Shown one piece after another: positions 38,257 to 48,270 of a stretch of 51,456 bases of DNA. Every line of letters starts with the position of its first letter. Position 1 is the first letter of the stretch. The position numbers and the translations under genes were made by a program. The notes beneath the pieces were generated by a model. The model was not told the origin of the DNA, ran no database searches, and saw only the letters and a list, made by a program, of their open reading frames with translations. Location of the stretch: assembly GCA_937895825.1 (NCBI GenBank), contig CALBKP010000025.1:1-51456 (forward strand), given 5' to 3'. This DNA is from an uncultured Alistipes sp. (lineage in GTDB: Bacteria > Bacteroidota > Bacteroidia > Bacteroidales > Rikenellaceae).

Positions 38257-40623
38257 TTATGGTAGATCCTCAACGGGAATCCAATAGTAAATGATACCGT
38301 TCATTGGGATAACATACTTGTATCTCTCCTTGATACTGATGAGCTTCTTGTACTTACGTTTGAAGTCCTCGATAAGAGATACGTACTCGCTCTTATTAAC
38401 AGCATCGGGCGAAGCAATCTCCTCAAGCGTGTGGCTTGCCAACACATCCGAAGCTGCGTTCAGACCGTAGATGTTACGCTGAATATCGGCAAGACTTGCT
38501 CGCTCACCATCGATAGAGCTACCAGCCTGTGCCTTCAGCAACCCTTTCATAGCGTTAACATACGGAGCACGGTTGTTGTGGTCAGATATTGCTGCTGCAG
38601 AGTTTACGGGCTCGAGCTCAGCGATAAGGGATGTAAGCTCATCCGACGAGATAAAGATAACGGGCTTAAAGATCTGACGAGCCTCGAACTCCTTATGTGT
38701 ATAACCCTTGAATGTGATAAGCACGTTCTGCTGTTTCAACATCTCGAACTCAGCATCGTTACCCAAACGGCTTCTAACAAACGCCTCATTAATCTTCATC
38801 TCATTCTCCGACGAGCCATCAGATGATGATGATCGAGCAAAACCACCAGGATTTCGCATAGCATTAATCTGCTTATCGACAGAGCGAGAGTACTCCGCCA
38901 TAGAGTAGATGATCAAGTTCTTAATCTTATCCAACGAAAGCTCCGTAGCACCACGCTGAGGAAAGCTATGAGAACCGATATAGAGGATACTATTCTCGGT
39001 ATTATTCATAGTATAACCATCTGGAGACTTAACCATTGATACGATTTCTCCGTTTACGCCAGGCAACTTAGCATACATCTTGTTAAGTGCCGACTTAGTG
39101 ATATAACCCATCTGCGCCGAATAATCGGTAAATGACTCATGCGTAGTTCTACGAACCTGGAAGCTCATGATCTGAACCTCCTTGCTAACGAGCTTATCGA
39201 TAATCGTCTCACGTGAAATATTTGAGTCGGTTCTATGGTTACCACAATCACCAACAACGAGCAAGATGTTACTCTGACCCTTCTTGAAGCCCAACTTATC
39301 AAGAGCCACATCAATACCGTTATACAAAGCCTCAGCATAATCGGTATCCTTCTCCGACGACTTAATACCATACTGACCACCCTTAATCAAAGCCTCATAC
39401 AATCTGGGGTTGTTATGCTCGGTCATCGGCGAGATAACCTCAGCAGCATAAGCACCATCGGTATAATCACGATAGATAAGTGCACCAATCTTAACATTAC
39501 GATTCTCTCCGAAGGCTGTCACACTCTCCTTAAGAGCATTAGCAACAGTCTCATAGTACTTCTCCATAGAGCTTGTACCATCGATAACAATACCGATGTT
39601 AATATTGGCCATCTCCTTGCTAATCTTCTCAACCTTAGCCATAACCTCTGCCTGCTCATCAACAACAGATGCTACGCTACCACCTCCCAATGTGGTAAAT
39701 GTTGAGACATTGAACATGGTCTGAGTGCTACCATCCAAGAGAGGATATCTCAAACGCTTAGGATTCATTCGGTATAGATGTGGATCGTATCGTGCAGGCT
39801 CAGGCAATACCTTAAACTCATCGCCTGCAACATACTGCTTTCCTGCTGGATCCTCATAGAAATCTGCATCCTTATCGCGCGACGCGAAGAACTTCACTGC
39901 CTCGGGGTCCCATGTAGGCTCCAAACATGAACGCTGGTTCCAAGGTACATAATCCTTGCTATGAACCCAGCCATAGAGCACCTCGTTCGATGTACCATCC
40001 ATAGAGTGTACATCAGCAAGAAGAGCCAAGCTACCCTCCTTCTTCATAATGAAGTAGAACTTCATATCTGCCGATAGAGGTCTAACATCGCTCATTCGAC
40101 CCGGGTTCAAGTATAGATTACCATGGCTCTCACCACCTGCTGCATCCAAGTTTGCACAGATAAGAGCCTTCTGATAAATACCATGCTTATCCGCAGGGCA
40201 AGAGTGCCACAACAAAAGGTTCTTCATAGGAATCCAACCCTTAGACTCAGCACCAGACGAGATCTTAGGATACTCAATACCAGGAAGTGGCTCGTAGTAA
40301 ACCAATGCATAGTCTCCCTGAATCTGAGCAATACGTACCTGCTCGTTAAATGCAAGGGGGGTGTTTGTTGGCGCACCACCAGGAGTTGTGTAGGTAGTGT
40401 TATTATCGCGGTCGCTATAAACAACCCAGTGTCTATTTGTCGACTCAGAACCCTGTCCGTACTTGCTACCCTTAGCAAACTCCTTCAAATCAGACTCCTC
40501 GATCACAGCCTTCTTCGCCAGTGTCGCAGGATACCATACTGAACATTTACCCGGGAGTTTCTGTGCCGACACAGAGACAACTCCCAGCATAATAGCTACA
40601 ATAATAGGAATAAATCTTCTCAT
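38257..40623 (-). CDS. Exported VWA-domain protein resembling Bacteroidota T6SS TssR
   Basis: Signal VSA|Q; WVVYSDRDNN and GWIPMKNLLLW N-domain; MIDAS VIDGTSSM...VGDCG; C-terminal YYWIP. Confidence 0.72.
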   Translation of the reverse strand: MRRFIPIIVAIMLGVVSVSAQKLPGKCSVWYPATLAKKAVIEESDLKEFAKGSKYGQGSESTNRHWVVYSDRDNNTTYTTPGGAPTNTPLAFNEQVRIAQIQGDYALVYYEPLPGIEYPKISSGAESKGWIPMKNLLLWHSCPADKHGIYQKALICANLDAAGGESHGNLYLNPGRMSDVRPLSADMKFYFIMKKEGSLALLADVHSMDGTSNEVLYGWVHSKDYVPWNQRSCLEPTWDPEAVKFFASRDKDADFYEDPAGKQYVAGDEFKVLPEPARYDPHLYRMNPKRLRYPLLDGSTQTMFNVSTFTTLGGGSVASVVDEQAEVMAKVEKISKEMANINIGIVIDGTSSMEKYYETVANALKESVTAFGENRNVKIGALIYRDYTDGAYAAEVISPMTEHNNPRLYEALIKGGQYGIKSSEKDTDYAEALYNGIDVALDKLGFKKGQSNILLVVGDCGNHRTDSNISRETIIDKLVSKEVQIMSFQVRRTTHESFTDYSAQMGYITKSALNKMYAKLPGVNGEIVSMVKSPDGYTMNNTENSILYIGSHSFPQRGATELSLDKIKNLIIYSMAEYSRSVDKQINAMRNPGGFARSSSSDGSSENEMKINEAFVRSRLGNDAEFEMLKQQNVLITFKGYTHKEFEARQIFKPVIFISSDELTSLIAELEPVNSAAAISDHNNRAPYVNAMKGLLKAQAGSSIDGERASLADIQRNIYGLNAASDVLASHTLEEIASPDAVNKSEYVSLIEDFKRKYKKLISIKERYKYVIPMNGIIYYWIPVEDLP

Positions 40624-40661
40624 ATAATTTGTATTTTTAAATTTCAATATCACAACCTCAA

Positions 40662-41273
40662 TTAGTATGGCAGCAACATAAAGTCAATACCCTTACATAC
40701 GTTCTTCCTGCCAAATGGATATCTTCGATCAACCAACTTCTCCAATCCATCGTCGCGCGTGTGCCAGAACTTCGACTCAACATATCCAGTGTAGTTGCCA
40801 AGTTCGAGCGTAAAGTACAACTTCGCAATCAAAGACTCGTTGTTTCCCCAACTCCAGAAAGTAGGGTTAACATACCAGCAGAAGAGCACCGACGTATAGG
40901 TATGAGTACCCTCATCATCCACAAAATCGTACTTATTGATAAGATTCATAATCGCGGCATAGTCCACCTCTGTAGAGTTGTCGTGCGCATCCTTAATTCG
41001 CAACTCACTGATGATCTTCTCGAAATCATCAGGATTGCTATCTGGAAGATTCACTCTCACGTCGATATACTCGTCGTAGTTGGGCATATAGAATATCACG
41101 GCGTAATCCTCATTACTAAGCGCATCCTCATACACCTCGTACAATCTGTCACATAACTCACTAACATTTGTCTTACGGTCGTGTGCGATGTAATAGAATT
41201 CAAACGACTTATCCTGTGCAAATGAGAGGAGTGGAGCTACTATCGCAAATAATACAATATAGAACTTTTTCAT
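40662..41273 (-). CDS. Exported hypothetical protein
   Basis: Signal SFA|Q; operon-coupled 203-aa ORF. Confidence 0.75.
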   Translation of the reverse strand: MKKFYIVLFAIVAPLLSFAQDKSFEFYYIAHDRKTNVSELCDRLYEVYEDALSNEDYAVIFYMPNYDEYIDVRVNLPDSNPDDFEKIISELRIKDAHDNSTEVDYAAIMNLINKYDFVDDEGTHTYTSVLFCWYVNPTFWSWGNNESLIAKLYFTLELGNYTGYVESKFWHTRDDGLEKLVDRRYPFGRKNVCKGIDFMLLPY

Positions 41274-41281
41274 AACAGATA

Positions 41282-41974
41282 TTAATACACGTTTATATCC
41301 ATCTGGTAAACCCTATTATAGCCGTTATAATGCAGTTTTACCACCTGAACACTATTAATGATACCCATAGATTTCTCACCCCATACAGCAGCAAAATCAG
41401 CATACGAGCTATCACTACCATTGAGGACCTTTACGGTCTGAGGTGCTGCGAAATATGCACTCCAGCCACTGGGAACATATCCATCAGTAGTACTATTGAT
41501 AGAGTTCTGCACCTGGCTCTCGGTGAGTGGTCGTACAACCTCTTTAGGCTTCTCTGCTGGCTTCTTGCAGTCCGAAATCGTATAGTAAGCCTCATCTACC
41601 TGCGTGCGATTGTTCACAACCTTAATATAGTAGTTGCCATCATCCGTACCATTAACATCGAACTTATTCTCGAAGCCATGATCGCACACCATCTTGCAGG
41701 CCTCATCTGTATATAGATAATATTTGAGCTGATCGTCGGTCTCTACCGACGCATCTACCGTGATTGTATATACCTTGAGAGCCTCTGACCACGATGCCTC
41801 AACACCATGAATCACTGGCAGTGATGATTTTACTGGCTCCTCAACAGCCGTTTTTTCTACTTTCACGACCTCCTTTGACTCCTTAGGGAAGAGCATATCA
41901 CTGATAAAGTAGCCAGCAGCAGTGCTGAGGGCGAACAATCCAACTAATAACGATATCTGTAAACCTTTACTCAT
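41282..41974 (-). CDS. Membrane-anchored protein: Ig-like domain plus C-terminal domain shared with 44814-45239
   Basis: N-terminal TM; beta-rich middle; SINSTTDGYVP domain. Confidence 0.75.
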   Translation of the reverse strand: MSKGLQISLLVGLFALSTAAGYFISDMLFPKESKEVVKVEKTAVEEPVKSSLPVIHGVEASWSEALKVYTITVDASVETDDQLKYYLYTDEACKMVCDHGFENKFDVNGTDDGNYYIKVVNNRTQVDEAYYTISDCKKPAEKPKEVVRPLTESQVQNSINSTTDGYVPSGWSAYFAAPQTVKVLNGSDSSYADFAAVWGEKSMGIINSVQVVKLHYNGYNRVYQMDINVY

Positions 41975-41987
41975 AACAAATCACAAT

Positions 41988-43583
41988 TTAAAATTTCAAT
42001 TTTACACCCAACGATATCCACAATGCACTACGTGTTGCTGTAACGCCACTTATAAGCGAGTTAACAGCAATATGATCAACCGTATCATTGCCAACCGTCT
42101 GAGGAATAATAGGAAACTTGCCGCTGTCACTATAATAAGGCATAGTTTTCGACTCATACGACGAACCTAATACGCCGCGCTCATATCCTACCTGCAAAGA
42201 GACGTAGAACAGATTTGGTACAGCTCCGAAATCGAGACCTAAATTACCAAAAACACTCAGATCGTAGATATTCTTCTTGGCGTAACTATTTGGCTCTAAG
42301 AATTTGTCAAACACATGGTTTTCAACATTACCGCCATCATTTACTGCAAATGTTACTGTATATGGGGTCTTAGACTCAGCCTTAAGGTTTAGGTATGGCT
42401 TTGCACCAATATTCCACGTAATAACAAATCGGTTTTTACGATCTAAACGATGCTCTGCCTCAAAATATATGGGAATAAAGACATCTGTATACGACACAGC
42501 CTCCTCAGCCTTTTTGATGTCATATTTATAGTCCTTAGGCTTATAAATACCATCTTCTTTGACAGATGATGAATACGTGTAGCTTATTTTGCCCAGTTTA
42601 AGATATATATTGCTAAACGATGCACCCGCACCAATGTAGAAGCCCATCTTAGAATTACGGCCAAGCACAAAGGTTGCACCATAATCCAAACTCACCTCAA
42701 AAGCATTAGACTCATCTGACACACCTTTTCCCGTTTTCACATCGTAAGCCATGGGAGCAAAGGCTCCTCTAACCTTAAGTCGTGATGAACGCTTGCTTGT
42801 GCTGAAGTTTACGATGTCGTAAGCCTCAGTAGATCTCGTCTCATCCCTGATGGGATCAACCGTAACATCAATGTCCTTAACCTCAAACTTAGTATCCATG
42901 GCATATATGCCGATACCATCCTCGTCATAAGATAAGCTCTCGCCATTGGCCTTGATTTCCTCCAACAACCTATGGTCACGATTGCTCATCGAACCACCAC
43001 CCAAGTTATTCTGCTCAACGATGATATATCTACCCTTTGGGAACTCAACACGTGAAGCTATGTCACCATCAATGGATCTAATACGGCACTCGTCGCTCTC
43101 CTCGTCATAGACGATGCTCATCTTCATATTGAAGATGTCGTCATAATAGCGATTTACGTCGAAATATATGCCATTAGTATCGAAATACGATAACTGCTTC
43201 TTGAATGTTACAGGAATGATCCACTTACCATCAATATAGTTCATCGAAGCCATGCGAACGTCATATATATCTGCCGAGATACCACGACCACCCGTATTAT
43301 CCGAGACCTTCTGAATATACTCCTCAATTGGCATCATCTCAAGATAGTTCAACGTACCGATAAGATCGCAAACAACCTGAGCATCCTCCGTAAAGATAGG
43401 AGTGAAGACATATTTTGTCTCGTTCTGATCACGCATCGACACATACTCCTCGTACGTTTCGATAACGTCCCAAACCTTTGCGTTTATAAGTCGCCTCTGA
43501 CTATTCGTCATGGTCTGTGCCGACGCTGCTAATGGCAACATCAACAAACCAAGGGCAACAAGTATTGAATACGTTTTCTTCAT
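41988..43583 (-). CDS. Outer-membrane beta-barrel protein with N-terminal alpha/beta domain
   Basis: Signal ASA|Q; alternating strands; C-terminal SLGVKLKF. Confidence 0.7.
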   Translation of the reverse strand: MKKTYSILVALGLLMLPLAASAQTMTNSQRRLINAKVWDVIETYEEYVSMRDQNETKYVFTPIFTEDAQVVCDLIGTLNYLEMMPIEEYIQKVSDNTGGRGISADIYDVRMASMNYIDGKWIIPVTFKKQLSYFDTNGIYFDVNRYYDDIFNMKMSIVYDEESDECRIRSIDGDIASRVEFPKGRYIIVEQNNLGGGSMSNRDHRLLEEIKANGESLSYDEDGIGIYAMDTKFEVKDIDVTVDPIRDETRSTEAYDIVNFSTSKRSSRLKVRGAFAPMAYDVKTGKGVSDESNAFEVSLDYGATFVLGRNSKMGFYIGAGASFSNIYLKLGKISYTYSSSVKEDGIYKPKDYKYDIKKAEEAVSYTDVFIPIYFEAEHRLDRKNRFVITWNIGAKPYLNLKAESKTPYTVTFAVNDGGNVENHVFDKFLEPNSYAKKNIYDLSVFGNLGLDFGAVPNLFYVSLQVGYERGVLGSSYESKTMPYYSDSGKFPIIPQTVGNDTVDHIAVNSLISGVTATRSALWISLGVKLKF

Positions 43584-43587
43584 CACC

Positions 43588-44751
43588 TTACAATAGATTA
43601 TGCAATAAGAAACCTGCCAACAGACCAGCCAAAATTGCTACCGGCCAGACCCATGCACCGAGCAACTCGGCACCAGGCTGCTGTGGCGTGACGAACTTAG
43701 CCTCACCAGGATCAACATCTGGCGACACACCAGCACTGCCCTGCGCTACGGTAGCTGTTGCGGGCGTAGCCTTTGACTTCTTCTTAGGCTCGGGCTCGAC
43801 AGCAGGAGTAGACATCTGAACAGTCTTATTCATATTATTTGCTGCGGGCTGAGGTTTGCTCTCCACAAGGGCAACAACCTGAGGCTCCTCAACAGCGGCC
43901 TTGGGCTCCTCCTTACCCTTTCGCCAAGCGGCCTTGGGCTCACCGCCAGCGAGTACCTTATCGGCAAAGTCGGCAAGCTGAGCCGCCGTAGGACGGTTCC
44001 ATGGCTCCTTGGTCATACAATCCTGGCAGACCATATTCAACGTAGGGGTGAACTCCGTGGGCAACTCTGGCATATCGGCACCCTGCTTCAGCAGGCTACC
44101 ACCCATACCGCAGAATGGGAGCTCGCCAGTGGCCAACTCGAAGATAGAGACACCCAACGACCATATATCACTCGCCTTGACAGCGTGATACTGCTTACTG
44201 AATCGCTCAGGGCCCATATACGAGATAGCACCCGCCGAGTTCAGCGAGTTAGCACTCTTACGGAGTGTTGAGCGGAGCTGCTTACTGATACCAAAGTCGG
44301 TGATCACGAAGTCGCCATTCTTCAAGATAAGAATGTTATCAGGCTTAATATCCTGGTGGATAATAGGGGGATTCTGTGCGTGCAGATAAGCAAGACCAGC
44401 GGCCACATCTCTAATAAAACGCCACAAGTCACGCTCGCTAATATTACCTCCAGAGTTCGACACCGAGCCATCGGGACAGAATGGCATAACCAAGAATGGA
44501 CGCTTATCCTCAGGATTTACACCGAGATAGTTTGCATGCAACAGATTGGTATGGTTTAGCTCAAAAGAGATCTGGAACTCCTTTTTAAACTCCTCGAGAC
44601 CCTTCTCGTCCATTGAGACGTAAACCTTGATAGCGATTTCGAGATCTGTTGCCGTATCCTTTGCCACCCAAACTTCACCAAACGTACCGCTTCCGATGAA
44701 ACGCTCCAGTTGGTATCTATTATCCAGCAAGTATCCTTTTGAATATTTCAT
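43588..44751 (-). CDS. Hanks-type Ser/Thr kinase, non-RD, C-terminal membrane anchor
   Basis: GSGTFG, AIK, HQDIKPDN, DFG, YMGPE, DIWSLG; terminal hydrophobic helix. Confidence 0.95.
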   Translation of the reverse strand: MKYSKGYLLDNRYQLERFIGSGTFGEVWVAKDTATDLEIAIKVYVSMDEKGLEEFKKEFQISFELNHTNLLHANYLGVNPEDKRPFLVMPFCPDGSVSNSGGNISERDLWRFIRDVAAGLAYLHAQNPPIIHQDIKPDNILILKNGDFVITDFGISKQLRSTLRKSANSLNSAGAISYMGPERFSKQYHAVKASDIWSLGVSIFELATGELPFCGMGGSLLKQGADMPELPTEFTPTLNMVCQDCMTKEPWNRPTAAQLADFADKVLAGGEPKAAWRKGKEEPKAAVEEPQVVALVESKPQPAANNMNKTVQMSTPAVEPEPKKKSKATPATATVAQGSAGVSPDVDPGEAKFVTPQQPGAELLGAWVWPVAILAGLLAGFLLHNLL

Positions 44752-44813
44752 ATCTAATTAAGTTCTAATCTATTGGTTAATAGCTATTGTCACACGACAC
44801 AATCGTCAAACAA

Positions 44814-45239
44814 CTACTTATTTACAACGATAGTAAGCGTATCAAGTTTATTATTCTCGTCATAGGTACACTCAACAACCGTAACTGTTGCGATGTTTCC
44901 CATTGCCTTGTCGAGCCACACCTCAGCGAAAGTGTAATAGCAGAACTCATAGTCGGTGGTGTCGGGATCATTCTGAACAACGATAGCCTGCTTATCGAGT
45001 GAGAATCGTGATGAGATGCTCTCGGGCACCATACCATCAGTTGTATTGTTTATCGACTCCTCGATCTCCTGGGCTGTTACACGCTCAACGACGGTTGCAA
45101 CCTCGCTCTCCTGCGCCTCCTCCTCGGTATTCTTACTACCAGAACCGGCACAGCCCGTAACCATTGCGACAACAAATGCAAACATTGCCACAAAAAGGAT
45201 GGGCTTTATCTCTCTTACAACGCTATTATATTTTTTCAT
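44814..45239 (-). CDS. Lipoprotein with domain shared with 41282-41974
   Basis: Lipobox VTGC; SINNTTDGMVP domain. Confidence 0.75.
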   Translation of the reverse strand: MKKYNSVVREIKPILFVAMFAFVVAMVTGCAGSGSKNTEEEAQESEVATVVERVTAQEIEESINNTTDGMVPESISSRFSLDKQAIVVQNDPDTTDYEFCYYTFAEVWLDKAMGNIATVTVVECTYDENNKLDTLTIVVNK

Positions 45240-45304
45240 ATCTTTTAATTATAATTGTTTGTGTTTCTTATATATAAACTACGCTATCAACCCTGTGTAA
45301 CGGT

Positions 45305-46561
45305 TTACTTCTCGGGCTGCGCCTCCGTAGACTCTGCTGTGGGCTCTGCCGCAGGCTCCGTAGCCTCGGGCGCAACCTCTGTATTTGCGGGTGTCTCAAC
45401 AGCCTTTGGCTCTGCCAAATCCGTTGCCTCGGGAGCCTCTACCGTCTCCAACGCATCCACCATGGGGGCATCTACTATAACCTCCTCAGTAACAGGCACT
45501 GACACCTCCTCAGTAGTGACTTGCAGCTTGTAAATATACTCATAGTAGTAGTATGCTGCACCTGCTGCGATTAGCAATACCACCAATGCTATCAACGCCT
45601 TTAGCCAGCCGCGCGACTTCTTCTTCGTGCCACCCTCAACACTCTCCTCCTCTGCCTCGGGCTTAGGCTGTGGCTTAGCCTTGCGACGCTTGGGAGCATC
45701 GGGGGGCGCTGTGGTTGCGAGGTTCGCCTCCTTAACGCTCATGCACTCGAAGAGGGCGATTGTGACATTATCATATCCACCAGCCTCAAACGCTGCCTCA
45801 AATAGCTTCATCTTATAATCGTCGATGCTTGGATACTCCTTCATCATGATATCCAAGATCTCCTCGTCACGACATAGGCCACACAAGCCATCGGTACATA
45901 GCAACAGATAGTCGCCCACCGACAACTTCTTGCACACATAGTCGGGGCGCGCCTTATTGGGCGAATCACCCAAGCTGCGGGTGATGATGTTACTATTTGG
46001 GTGGTCAAACGCTAATTCTGGATCCAACTTACCCGTGTCGACCAACTCCTGAACGTACGAGTGGTCGTTGCTCAATCTGCTCAATCCTGACTGACGGTTA
46101 AACAGATATGCGCGCGAATCGCCACACCATGCGATATGAGCCACGTTGTCAACGACCCAAGCCATAACGACCGTAGTACCCATTCCAGATGTGGACTCGT
46201 CCTCCTTTACCTTTTGCTTAATGACAGCATCAGCCTTAACAATAATCTTCTTCATGAAGTCTTCGACATGGTTGCTGGCATCTATAATCTTAGAGAAGTC
46301 TTTGACCTCTGAGAACGACTGCTTGATAGAGGTTACAGCCAACTCCGAGGCAACCTCTCCGGCATTCATACCTCCCATACCATCGGCAACAACCATAACG
46401 CAACCCAACTCCCCAAGATACATTACATCGTTGGGATCGCTTGGCACGAACCAATTATTCTTAACGCTCAAGTCGGGACATACTATAAAGTTGTCTTCGT
46501 TGTTACTACGCACCAAACCAACGTTTGTTGCGACTGTCATTTTGAAGGTAATATCAGACAT
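45305..46561 (-). CDS. PP2C/PPM Ser/Thr phosphatase with TM and Pro/Glu/Ala-rich tail
   Basis: GLVRSNNED, VADGMGG, GDSRAY, DHS, CTDGL, GGYDNVT. Confidence 0.95.
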   Translation of the reverse strand: MSDITFKMTVATNVGLVRSNNEDNFIVCPDLSVKNNWFVPSDPNDVMYLGELGCVMVVADGMGGMNAGEVASELAVTSIKQSFSEVKDFSKIIDASNHVEDFMKKIIVKADAVIKQKVKEDESTSGMGTTVVMAWVVDNVAHIAWCGDSRAYLFNRQSGLSRLSNDHSYVQELVDTGKLDPELAFDHPNSNIITRSLGDSPNKARPDYVCKKLSVGDYLLLCTDGLCGLCRDEEILDIMMKEYPSIDDYKMKLFEAAFEAGGYDNVTIALFECMSVKEANLATTAPPDAPKRRKAKPQPKPEAEEESVEGGTKKKSRGWLKALIALVVLLIAAGAAYYYYEYIYKLQVTTEEVSVPVTEEVIVDAPMVDALETVEAPEATDLAEPKAVETPANTEVAPEATEPAAEPTAESTEAQPEK

Positions 46562-46647
46562 ATAACTTTTAAATTGTTGAGGTACGACAGCGTATTTATC
46601 ACCATCATACCGAGTGTTTAATATAGTTCATTTAAGTTAAGCGACAT

Positions 46648-47061
46648 TTACTCAGTGGCCTCAACCACAGAACTACTATCACAATTTTTTATTAATTTAT
46701 CGATCTTATCACAAAGATAATTATATTTTAAACTTAGCTTTCGCGAATGTGACAAATCAAAACTGACAATAATACGATCTAAGAGCATCGTATACTCACG
46801 CAAATCATATAAATCGTCAACATTTGTAGCGCTTTGGCAACTTTCCTCTATCTCGTCAATCAGAAAGATTATGTTATCCGTCTTCTGCTGTTGCGATAAT
46901 CTTTTAAACTTTTCAACTGGCGAATTCCAACCAAAACCAGTCTCTTTGAAAAGGTCTTTTAAAGACAACGGATAGTCTTTCTTCTTTTGCTGTGCATGAC
47001 AATCAGGAACTACCATTACTGCACACACTATAATAATAGCTAATGCGATTATCTTCTTCAT
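46648..47061 (-). CDS. Small secreted helical protein, paralogue A
   Basis: Signal CHA|Q; gap-free alignment to paralogues B-D. Confidence 0.75.
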   Translation of the reverse strand: MKKIIALAIIIVCAVMVVPDCHAQQKKKDYPLSLKDLFKETGFGWNSPVEKFKRLSQQQKTDNIIFLIDEIEESCQSATNVDDLYDLREYTMLLDRIIVSFDLSHSRKLSLKYNYLCDKIDKLIKNCDSSSVVEATE

Positions 47062-47185
47062 CAAAAAATTATTATCGCTGCAATACGCACACTAATAACT
47101 TTAAATGATACTATTTAAATATGATATGGTGACAGCTTACTGGCAACTATCATTGCCGCAACCATACCAAGTAAGTCTTTATAAC

Positions 47186-47602
47186 TTAATTACACTTATT
47201 TTTCTCAGCTTTAGCAGCAGACCTCTCAAGATCCTTTAAGATTCTCATTGATTCAAGACTTTTTATATCAAGACGATTAATTAAATCATTAATATAGGTC
47301 TGTGAAGTATTTCTAAGTTTTGCCTTATATTTTAGCTGTTTAATTATATACAACGAAGTTCTAAACTTATAGAAATCTTCCAAAGTAGAACAAGTTTTAT
47401 ATACCTCCTCCATTTGGCTAAGAAGAGATTTTAAATTCTCATACTGCACATCAGAAGATGCTTTTTTGAAAGCCTTGAAAGCCGATGGCGACGACATTGT
47501 TTCTAAAGTCAGCACTAACTCCTTCTTGTCAACTACAGCGTAACTATCTGTAACAGATATTATTGCACATATCGTGACTATTAAAGCAAGAAATTTTTTC
47601 AT
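47186..47602 (-). CDS. Small secreted helical protein, paralogue B
   Basis: Signal SYA|V; FKAFKKA...YKTCST.ED...R motif. Confidence 0.78.
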   Translation of the reverse strand: MKKFLALIVTICAIISVTDSYAVVDKKELVLTLETMSSPSAFKAFKKASSDVQYENLKSLLSQMEEVYKTCSTLEDFYKFRTSLYIIKQLKYKAKLRNTSQTYINDLINRLDIKSLESMRILKDLERSAAKAEKNKCN

Positions 47603-47687
47603 AATCGTGGTACTACTAAAAAACAGGTGTCCCTACAATCTTATATTTAGCCTCGGGAATTAAGTTTCAAAGTATATATTTAAGTAT

Positions 47688-47720
47688 GGTATGGTGACGG
47701 AGTAAAACCGTCACCATACC
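47688..47720 (-). terminator. 13-bp perfect hairpin after paralogue C; related hairpins at 47122-47169 and 46581-46611
   Basis: GGTATGGTGACGG-N7-CCGTCACCATACC. Confidence 0.7.
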
Positions 47721-47761
47721 TAATGAGTTTAATTTAAGCACAAAATATTTGTGTACTCAGA

Positions 47762-48181
47762 TTAGTCAAGCTCCTGACCAAAGTCATAGTAGCCACCAGT
47801 CTCGTGATAAATAGTGCTACCACCCTCATACTCACGGATAGTCTTGTTAATCTTGTTGTACAAAATGTTGTACTCCTTCTGAGCAGCCATGAAGCCCTGC
47901 TTACCAGAAACGATGTAACGCTGGATCAATACGAGATCCTCACGAAGGTCACGAATCTCATCGATAGTCTCGCATGCCTTATACTCATCGTTTGCCTGAC
48001 GCAAAAGGTCGGTAACTATCTCAAGCTGATTCATCTTGTTAGCCTTCTTAAACTGCTTGAAAGCTGCATCTGTGTGAACCTGATCGAGAGAGATCACAAC
48101 ATCCTTACGTCCCACTGATGAACAATTCACACTGGCAAATGCTACCAATGCAATAATTGCTAATGACAAAATATTTTTCAT
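47762..48181 (-). CDS. Small secreted helical protein, paralogue C
   Basis: Signal peptide; near-identical to paralogue D. Confidence 0.85.
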   Translation of the reverse strand: MKNILSLAIIALVAFASVNCSSVGRKDVVISLDQVHTDAAFKQFKKANKMNQLEIVTDLLRQANDEYKACETIDEIRDLREDLVLIQRYIVSGKQGFMAAQKEYNILYNKINKTIREYEGGSTIYHETGGYYDFGQELD

Positions 48182-48270
48182 AATTCTATAAGTTTTAAAG
48201 TTAAATAATTTTCTTTAAGTATAACTTACCAACTTGGGAATAGCTTGTAATATAATAGTATGTACCCAAA

